Positions 45,197 through 51,220 of a stretch of DNA of 51,220 nt are shown here, piece after piece. The notes below the pieces were generated by a model. The model saw only the letters and a program-made list of their open reading frames with translations. It searched no databases and was not told where the DNA came from. This DNA comes from a virus (taxonomy: Duplodnaviria > Caudoviricetes), in IMG/VR virus record IMGVR_UViG_3300026229_000023, positions 1-51,220 of that record. The stretch is one strand, 5' to 3'. The stretch's first letter is position 1. Each line of letters starts with the position of its first letter. The position numbers and the translations under genes are program-made.

Positions 45197-46135
45197 ATGT
45201 CCGACGCCCTGATCCCGCTTGAATCCGTAAACGCTGTCGAGGTCTTCACCGGCGGCGGCCTGGACGACTTGCTGGCCCGCATCCGCACCGAAGCCGTGAC
45301 CCTGGTGCCGAACGTCAAGACCGTGGCCGGCCGCAAGGAAATCGCCTCGGTCGCCTACAAGGTGTCGCGCTCGAAGACCGCCATCGATGATGCCGGCAAG
45401 GCGCTGGTGGCCGACCTGAAGAAGCAGACCGGCGACATCGACTCGGCCCGCAAGAAGGCCCGCGACACCCTGGACGCGCTGCGCGATGAAGTGCGCAAGC
45501 CGCTGACCGACTGGGAAGAAGAGCAGGCCCGCATCGAGCGCGAGCGCGCCGAGGCCGAGGAACGCGCCCGTGCTGAAGCCGAAGCGGCCCGCCTGGCTGA
45601 AATCGCCCGCCGGGAAGAAGAGATCCGCGCCCGCGAGGAAGCCGTGCGCGCCGCTGAGGAAGCCGAGCGCCAGCGCGCAGCCGCCGAGCAGGCCGAGCGC
45701 GACCGCGTCGAGCGTGAAGCCCGCCTGCAGGCCGAGGCCGCCGAGAACGCGAAGCGCGAGGCAGCCGCTGCAGTGGAACGCGCCGAACGCGAGGCCCGCG
45801 AAGCCACCGAGCGCGCGGCCCGTGAGGCAGCCGAAGCCGAGCAGCGCGCCAAGGACGCCGCAGCGCGCGCCGAACGCGAGAAGGCCGAAGCAGTTGCCGC
45901 TGCCGAGCGCCGCGCCCAGGAAGAGGCCGACCGCGCCGAGCGTCAGCGCCAGGCCCAGGCCGATGCGCAGCGCCGGGAGGACGAAGCCCGCGCCGCGGAC
46001 GTCGAACACCGCCGCCAGATCAACCGCGCCGCCGTCGCAGCGATGGTCGGCCTGGGCGTGGATGAAGAAATCGCCGCCATCGTCATCACCGCCATCGTGC
46101 AGGGCAAGGTCCCGGCCGTGGCCATCCGCTACTGA
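45197..46135 (+). CDS. Coiled-coil phage protein (Ala/Glu/Arg-rich)
   Basis: GRKEIASVAYKVSRSKTAID...LRDEVRKPLTDWE...HRRQINRAA...IVQGKVPAVAIRY. Confidence 0.8.
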   Translation: MSDALIPLESVNAVEVFTGGGLDDLLARIRTEAVTLVPNVKTVAGRKEIASVAYKVSRSKTAIDDAGKALVADLKKQTGDIDSARKKARDTLDALRDEVRKPLTDWEEEQARIERERAEAEERARAEAEAARLAEIARREEEIRAREEAVRAAEEAERQRAAAEQAERDRVEREARLQAEAAENAKREAAAAVERAEREAREATERAAREAAEAEQRAKDAAARAEREKAEAVAAAERRAQEEADRAERQRQAQADAQRREDEARAADVEHRRQINRAAVAAMVGLGVDEEIAAIVITAIVQGKVPAVAIRY

Positions 46136-46143
46136 GGCACCCA

Positions 46144-46944
46144 ATGAGCAACCTCGTTCTCTCGCAAACCAAGAACCTCGCCACTGCCCTGAACATGGGC
46201 GCCGCCGACGCGCAGGAGCTTGTCGCCGTACTGAAGGCCACAGCCTTCAAGGGCCAGGTCTCCGACGCGCAGATGACCGCGCTGCTGGTGGTGGCGAACC
46301 AGTACGGACTGAACCCGTGGACAAAGGAAATCTACGCCTTCCCGGACAAGAACAACGGGATCGTGCCGGTCGTCGGCGTCGATGGATGGTCGCGCATCAT
46401 CAACTCACACGCGCAGTTTGACGGCATGGACTTTGAGCAGGATGGCGAGAGCTGCACGTGTTCGATCTACCGCAAGGACCGCAGCCGCCCCGTCCGCGTC
46501 ACCGAGTACATGGCCGAATGCCGCCGATCCAATGCCGGGCCGTGGCAGTCCCATCCGCGCCGCATGCTTCGCCACAAGGCGATGATCCAGTGCGCTCGGC
46601 TGGCATTCGGTTTCGTTGGCATCTACGAGCAGGACGAGGCCGAGCGGATCATTGAGGGCGAAGTGATTCGGGCCGAGCGTTCGCCCAACAGTTCGGCTCG
46701 GCATCTGCAGGCCGAGCAGCCGAACACTCCGGAGCGGCAGGCGCTGTACGCCAGCCTGCAGGAGTTCGCCGAGTGCGGCATGGAGGAATACCAGGGTGCA
46801 TGGGGCCGCCTGTCGAAGGAACAGCGCCAGCTGATCGGAAGCGCCGGCCACGAAACCCTGAAGGGCATCGCCGAGCGAGCCAGCGCCACCGACGTGGAGG
46901 CTGGCGACCAGCAGCAGGCGGCCGATGAAGAGGTGCCGCTGTGA
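46144..46944 (+). CDS. bet: Bet-like single-strand annealing protein
   Basis: VANQYGLNPWTKEIYAFP...VVGVDGW...PWQSHPRRMLRHKAMIQCARLAFG. Confidence 0.92.
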   Translation: MSNLVLSQTKNLATALNMGAADAQELVAVLKATAFKGQVSDAQMTALLVVANQYGLNPWTKEIYAFPDKNNGIVPVVGVDGWSRIINSHAQFDGMDFEQDGESCTCSIYRKDRSRPVRVTEYMAECRRSNAGPWQSHPRRMLRHKAMIQCARLAFGFVGIYEQDEAERIIEGEVIRAERSPNSSARHLQAEQPNTPERQALYASLQEFAECGMEEYQGAWGRLSKEQRQLIGSAGHETLKGIAERASATDVEAGDQQQAADEEVPL

Positions 46945-47723
46945 TCGTCATCGGGTGCGACCAGGGCAGCGAGGCGTGGCACCGCGCTCGCGCCGGCATC
47001 ATCACCGCCAGCATGTTCGCCACCGCGCGCTCGCGCGTGGGCGAACTGACCGAACAGCAGCGCACCTATGTGGACGCGGTGCTGTCCGGCCTGGCCGAGA
47101 AGACTGCAATGGAGCGCGCCGGCTACAAGGCCGTGCCGCGCTCGGCCATCATCGAGAAGGCCATCGCCGGCGAGCCCATCGGCGACTTCAGCGAGGCCTC
47201 GAAGAACTACGGGTTCCGGCTGGCCATCGAGCGCATCAGTGGCCAGCCGCTGGACGAAGGGTTCGAGACCTACGCCATGCGCCGTGGCCACGAAATGGAG
47301 CCATTCGCCCGCGCCGAGCATGAGGTGCAGTCCGGCCTGCTGGTGAAGCGCGCCGGGTTCGTCCTGAGCGACTGCGGCAACTACGGCTGCTCGGCCGACG
47401 GCTTTATCGGCGAGGACGGCGGCAGCGAGTACAAGGCGTTCATCAACCCGGAGAAGCTGCGCGCCTTCCACATCGACAACGATGCGAGCGAAGTGTTCGA
47501 GCAGGCCCAGGGCTGCATGTGGCTGACCGACCGCGAGTGGTGGCACATCGGGCTGTACTGCCCGGCCCTGGCCTCGGCGAACCGCCAGCTGTGGTGGCGC
47601 CGCTTCGACCGCGACGAGGCGTTCATCGCCAAGATGCGCGCCGACCTGGAGCAGTTCCGGCAGATGGTCGACGGATTCGAGCAGTCTCTGCGCGCTGGTG
47701 ACCACCACCAGGAGGCAGCTTGA
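46941..47723 (+). CDS. YqaJ/lambda-exonuclease family protein
   Basis: QGSEAWHRARAGIITAS, MRRGHEMEP, CSADG, EYK, QAQGCMW. Confidence 0.9.
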   Translation: MIVIGCDQGSEAWHRARAGIITASMFATARSRVGELTEQQRTYVDAVLSGLAEKTAMERAGYKAVPRSAIIEKAIAGEPIGDFSEASKNYGFRLAIERISGQPLDEGFETYAMRRGHEMEPFARAEHEVQSGLLVKRAGFVLSDCGNYGCSADGFIGEDGGSEYKAFINPEKLRAFHIDNDASEVFEQAQGCMWLTDREWWHIGLYCPALASANRQLWWRRFDRDEAFIAKMRADLEQFRQMVDGFEQSLRAGDHHQEAA

Positions 47724-47938
47724 TGGACGTGACGATCTACCCCAGCCACGCCAAATGCCTGCGCCGTGCCGGCCTTGCCCGCGCCCAGCTGTTCGCGCAG
47801 GTGATCGAGGGCAAGCGCTACACCACGCGGCAGGTGGCCGAGATTCTGGACGTTTCGCGCAGCACGGCCTACGACCGGATCAAGCGCGGTCCCTACCCGC
47901 TCACCTGGGCCAACCTGGTGAAGGCTCGCCTGCCATGA
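47723..47938 (+). CDS. Small HTH protein
   Basis: YTTRQVAEILDVSRSTAYDRIKRG. Confidence 0.65.
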   Translation: MDVTIYPSHAKCLRRAGLARAQLFAQVIEGKRYTTRQVAEILDVSRSTAYDRIKRGPYPLTWANLVKARLP

Positions 47939-48156
47939 AGACCTGCACGAAGTGCGCGGCCCGGCTGCCGCTGCGGTTCTTCCCGCTGGTCAACGGCAAG
48001 GCCACCGCCGCGTGCGCGCCCTGCCGGAACACCGACCGTCGCCTGCACGACCCGCTGAAACCCCTGCGCGCTGATCCGCTGCAGGTCCGCCTCAACAACC
48101 TGACCAACCTGTGGCACGGGCCAGTGCGCCGCGTGCCGCTTCGGAGCCACGCATGA
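47935..48156 (+). CDS. Small Zn-finger protein
   Basis: MKTCTKC...FF...CAPC; ATGA overlap. Confidence 0.6.
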   Translation: MKTCTKCAARLPLRFFPLVNGKATAACAPCRNTDRRLHDPLKPLRADPLQVRLNNLTNLWHGPVRRVPLRSHA

Positions 48157-48686
48157 CCGCATACGCAAACATCGCTGAAGCCGCCTCTGCCCGGACCAGG
48201 TTGTCCGCTGAGCTGGCGAAACATCTGGCCACGTCCAAGGCCACCGAAGCATCCTTGCGCGCTCAGATTGCGGCCGCCGATCAGGCCATCGCAATCTCTG
48301 CCGCTGGCATGGACCTCGAGCAGATCGCGGCAGCTGAAGCTGTGCTTGAGGTGAGGGGGCTGTATCGCCTCGGTGGCGAGGACCGCGCCAGCGTGCTGCG
48401 CGACGCGATCGCTGAAATCTCGACGGGCGACAAAGGAACTGCCTACCGCTCGCTGTGGCACAGCTACTTTGGCACGAAGGACTACGCGCATTGGCACGGC
48501 CAGCGCTGCGACTGCCAGTACGGCCTCGGCCCGGCCCATGGCTCCATCGTGTTCTCCGTCGGGCTGCAGCGAAGCATCCGAGCGCGCGAAATGGAAGTGC
48601 TGACCGATGCCGAGCGTATCTCCTGCGTGTACTACCTGACCAACATCGAAGCCATACAGGCGCGACGGGCGCAGGTGGCCGCATGA
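48153..48686 (+). CDS. Hypothetical protein
   Basis: ATGA overlap, GGAG RBS; YFGTKDY...DCQYGLGPAHGSIVFSVGL. Confidence 0.65.
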   Translation: MTAYANIAEAASARTRLSAELAKHLATSKATEASLRAQIAAADQAIAISAAGMDLEQIAAAEAVLEVRGLYRLGGEDRASVLRDAIAEISTGDKGTAYRSLWHSYFGTKDYAHWHGQRCDCQYGLGPAHGSIVFSVGLQRSIRAREMEVLTDAERISCVYYLTNIEAIQARRAQVAA

Positions 48687-48973
48687 CCCACCACCGCTAC
48701 GACCGCCGCACGCCGAAGCGCACCGAGGGCTTCGCCTGGGGCCGGGCCATCGACAAGGTGATGGGCGGCCACGCCCTCACCTACCGCCTGTTCCGTCGCG
48801 ACCTGCGCGGCGCGCTGCACATCAGCATGCGGCAGTTCTCCCTTACCGATCACCGCCGCTTCATCGCCATGGCGCTGCGCCAGATGCGCAAAGACCTGGC
48901 CGCGAAGGTCGAAGCCATCGGCTATGCCCTGATCGAGGCCGAACAGGCCTCCCAACTGCAGGAGGTTGCATGA
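48683..48973 (+). CDS. Hypothetical protein
   Basis: ATGA overlaps at both ends. Confidence 0.6.
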   Translation: MTHHRYDRRTPKRTEGFAWGRAIDKVMGGHALTYRLFRRDLRGALHISMRQFSLTDHRRFIAMALRQMRKDLAAKVEAIGYALIEAEQASQLQEVA

Positions 48974-49566
48974 ATACCAACAAGACCCTGGCGGACGTGA
49001 AGCCCGGCGGGAGGGTGAGGCTGGGGGATCGGCTCCCGCCGCTGCCGTACCCGAATTACCCGGTTAGCAAGACCGGCTTGCAGAACAACGCCTACACAGC
49101 CTCGCAGATGTGGGACTACGCACGTGCCGCCCTCTCCGCCCAGCCCTCCCCGGGTGGTCAGGATGCGCTGGCTGATGCGTTGGTGCCGGTCGCTGACGAG
49201 TGGTATCGCCTGTGCGAGCGCCGGTTTGCAGTCGACCGGATCAGCATCAGCGGGCAGCTCGCGGAGGCAATCGTGGAAGCAGTCTGCGCCGCTCGCCAGC
49301 CGGTGGGGGAGCCGGTGGGCCGAGTGCGCACTAGGGTCGATGGCGGCTTCATTGCCGAGCTGTTCCCCGGCGCAGTGGATCGCGTGAGCAACTTGGCACC
49401 GCTCTACGCCGCCCCCGCGCAGGGCGTGGACCTGGGTCGATTCCGGCACGCTCTGCTGCGCGCTATCGGATGGTCACGGCGATCTGACGTTACCAGTCAC
49501 CCTGAAGACTTCGTGGTGCTCCGCGAACTTCTGACCCTGATCGACAGCCAGGCGGTGGGCAAATGA
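48970..49566 (+). CDS. Hypothetical mosaic phage protein
   Basis: GGAGG RBS; modular linkers AALSAQPSPGGQ, ARQPVGEPV, PLYAAPAQ. Confidence 0.65.
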   Translation: MNTNKTLADVKPGGRVRLGDRLPPLPYPNYPVSKTGLQNNAYTASQMWDYARAALSAQPSPGGQDALADALVPVADEWYRLCERRFAVDRISISGQLAEAIVEAVCAARQPVGEPVGRVRTRVDGGFIAELFPGAVDRVSNLAPLYAAPAQGVDLGRFRHALLRAIGWSRRSDVTSHPEDFVVLRELLTLIDSQAVGK

Positions 49567-49763
49567 GCCGCGCCCTTGTCGTCTACCGCACCATGCGCTG
49601 CTCGATCCCCGAGGGTGGCGAGGTGGTGCTGCATGTGCCCGAGCATATCGGCGTCGAGTCGCTGGACATGGCGGCCGAGTGCATCGCCCTCCAGATGCGC
49701 ATCTTCAAGCGGCACGCCGAGATGGCCGACCCAGAGCCGCCGCTGGAGCCCGCCCATGGCTGA
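49563..49763 (+). CDS. Small hypothetical protein
   Basis: ATGA overlap with upstream gene. Confidence 0.55.
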   Translation: MSRALVVYRTMRCSIPEGGEVVLHVPEHIGVESLDMAAECIALQMRIFKRHAEMADPEPPLEPAHG

Positions 49764-49905
49764 CCAGCTGCTCACCACTGCACTGACCTGGTCGATTGCT
49801 GGTGCCGGGTTCCTGGCCGGCATCGCCACCCTGTGGGCGATCAGCCGCGCATGCCGCGCCGCGCGCGCAGGGCTGCGCTGGTGCTGGCGGAGGTGCGCAG
49901 CGTGA
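49756..49905 (+). CDS. Small membrane peptide
   Basis: GGAG RBS; MADQLLTTALTWSIAGAGFLAGIATLWAI. Confidence 0.5.
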   Translation: MADQLLTTALTWSIAGAGFLAGIATLWAISRACRAARAGLRWCWRRCAA

Positions 49906-50993
49906 ACTACTACAACGAGTGGGACCCCTATGCCGCGCAGTGGATCCGCAGCCTCATCGATGCCGGGCTGATCCCGCCCGGCCACGTCGACACCAGGAGC
50001 ATCATTGATGTTCAACCATCAGACCTCGCCGGATACCGGCAATGCCACTTCTTCTGCGGCGTTGCCGGTTGGTCCCTTGCAGCTCGACTTGCTGGGTGGC
50101 CCGACGACCGCGAGCTGTGGACCGGCAGCGCCCCGTGCCAGCCGTTCTCCGTCGCGGGCAAAGGCAAAGCCCAGGATGACGATCGGCACCTGTGGCCCCA
50201 CTTCCTTCGCCTCATCCGTGCCCGACGGCCCGCTGTCGTCATGGGAGAACAGGTTGCGGCGGCGGTTGGCAAGAACTGGCTCGACGGAGTGTCTGCTGAC
50301 CTGGAAGGAATCGACTACGCCTGCCGGGCGGTCGTTGTCCCGGCTTGTGCCGTCGACGCGCCCCACCGGCGCGACCGTCTCTGGCTTGTGGCCAACACCG
50401 ACTGCCTCGCTCGCCGACAAGGGCGTGAGATCGACGGAGGGTGCGATCAGGGAGGCAGCAAGGAACCACGGGCCCGACTTGGCTGCGGTGACGGCAGCAG
50501 CCCTGTGGCAGACCCCGGTAGCGGACGACTCGGTGAATCGGAAGGCTGGCAAGTTCAACAGCCGCGGGGAGCCGAAGCTCTCGGCGGAAGTGAAACTTGT
50601 GCAATGGCCGACGCCGACGGCAACGGACGCGAATCGCGGAATGGCACCGCCCAGGCCGCACGATACGGGCGTGCCGCTGAATCAGGCGGTGGCGCTGCAG
50701 AGTGGAGTCGCTCCAGATGGATCACTGGGCACGACGGGAAAGCCCGCCGGATCCCTCAATCCGGAATTCGTCTCTTGGCTCATGGGGTTTTCGGACGCAT
50801 GGCTATTGTGCGCCCCGGATTCGAAGGCCGAACCGAGGACCCGGAAGCGATCCACTGGTACAGCCGCGCGGGTGCGCTCAAAGCGTTCGGCAACGCCATC
50901 GTCCCAGAAGTCGCCGCGGAAGTGATCGGCGCCTACATGGACTGCTACCCGGATCCAGACGAGCAGCTCCGCGCTGCGCTGGCCACGAACTGA
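49902..50993 (+). CDS. Phage DNA cytosine methyltransferase, alpha-like polypeptide
   Basis: YYNEWDP, HFFCGVAGW (I), GSAPCQPFS (IV), GEQV (VI), APHRRDRLW (VIII), LKAFGNAIVP (X); no motif IX in frame. Confidence 0.85.
   Translation: MNYYNEWDPYAAQWIRSLIDAGLIPPGHVDTRSIIDVQPSDLAGYRQCHFFCGVAGWSLAARLAGWPDDRELWTGSAPCQPFSVAGKGKAQDDDRHLWPHFLRLIRARRPAVVMGEQVAAAVGKNWLDGVSADLEGIDYACRAVVVPACAVDAPHRRDRLWLVANTDCLARRQGREIDGGCDQGGSKEPRARLGCGDGSSPVADPGSGRLGESEGWQVQQPRGAEALGGSETCAMADADGNGRESRNGTAQAARYGRAAESGGGAAEWSRSRWITGHDGKARRIPQSGIRLLAHGVFGRMAIVRPGFEGRTEDPEAIHWYSRAGALKAFGNAIVPEVAAEVIGAYMDCYPDPDEQLRAALATN
50005..50925 (+). CDS. Overlapping alternative-frame protein carrying motif IX (beta-like MTase subunit); true start uncertain
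   Basis: Three WPTP/WQTP repeats and LNPEFVSWLMGFSDAW. Confidence 0.65.
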   Translation: MMFNHQTSPDTGNATSSAALPVGPLQLDLLGGPTTASCGPAAPRASRSPSRAKAKPRMTIGTCGPTSFASSVPDGPLSSWENRLRRRLARTGSTECLLTWKESTTPAGRSLSRLVPSTRPTGATVSGLWPTPTASLADKGVRSTEGAIREAARNHGPDLAAVTAAALWQTPVADDSVNRKAGKFNSRGEPKLSAEVKLVQWPTPTATDANRGMAPPRPHDTGVPLNQAVALQSGVAPDGSLGTTGKPAGSLNPEFVSWLMGFSDAWLLCAPDSKAEPRTRKRSTGTAARVRSKRSATPSSQKSPRK

Positions 50994-51004
50994 AGGAGGA
51001 CACC

Positions 51005-51220
51005 ATGGCAGACAGCCCCTACCTGTCGCGGGACGATATCAAGGCCCTGTGCCGCACACCGAGGCGCAAGGGCCAGGCTGAGTTTCTGCGCAACAACGGG
51101 ATCCGACACTATCTGGACGCCCACGGGTGGCCAGTGGTGCTGTGGTCCGCGATCGAGGGCAAGCCGGAGCCGAAGACGCCGCCGGCGACCGACTGGAAAC
51201 CGAACAAGGCAGCAGCGTAA
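51005..51220 (+). CDS. DUF4224-family excisionase-like protein
   Basis: YLSRDDIKALCRTPRRKGQAEFLRNNGIRHYLDAHGWPVV; AGGAGG RBS. Confidence 0.75.
   Translation: MADSPYLSRDDIKALCRTPRRKGQAEFLRNNGIRHYLDAHGWPVVLWSAIEGKPEPKTPPATDWKPNKAAA

Larger units (their letters stand above)
9265..51220. mobile_element. Near-complete temperate prophage: lambdoid early genes plus BPP-1/T7-like podovirus virion genes; integrase expected beyond the right edge
   Basis: Continuous module order att, tail, head, terminase, lysis, Q, replication, cro/cI, recombination, MTase, Xis-like. Confidence 0.92.

Noticed and set aside
45500-46000. Repeat-like DNA / TolA annotation
   Set aside because: Low-complexity Ala/Glu/Arg coiled coil, not a DNA repeat array; no TM anchor
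1-51220. CRISPR array, IS element or rRNA
   Set aside because: No regularly spaced direct repeats, transposase or rRNA motifs seen

Overview
High-GC window, probably from a Stenotrophomonas/Xanthomonadales genome (inferred from gene style and GC), made of two tandem phage-derived elements that meet at a 3'-half copy of tRNA-Lys(UUU) at 9265-9312. Right element (about 9.3-51.2 kb): an apparently near-complete temperate prophage. It has a lambdoid control, replication and recombination region (cI/cro/cII-like, five ATTAG-N5-CTAAT operators, replication initiator with tandem repeats, DnaB, RusA, Q-like, Bet/Exo), a lysis cassette, a tRNA-Met and a BPP-1/T7-like podovirus virion module. Its integrase is expected just beyond the right edge. 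Left element (1-9.26 kb): a heavily deleted prophage remnant that keeps an intact tyrosine integrase and, between integrase and att site, an AT-richer four-gene cassette: C5 DNA methyltransferase, MORC/GHKL ATPase, Rossmann 'O-methyltransferase'-like protein, and a nucleoside-deoxyribosyltransferase/TIR-like protein. No nuclease is recognisable in it; this cassette is the best candidate for an undescribed anti-phage system. Other oddities: a C5 methyltransferase with motif IX in an overlapping frame (M.EcoHK31I-like), a tail nozzle gene split in the middle of an inserted domain, an HNH gene sitting where a virion gene starts (which now begins ATC), and a promoter with lambda PRE spacing followed by two small antisense genes. 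All product calls come from motif recognition by eye; no database searches were run.
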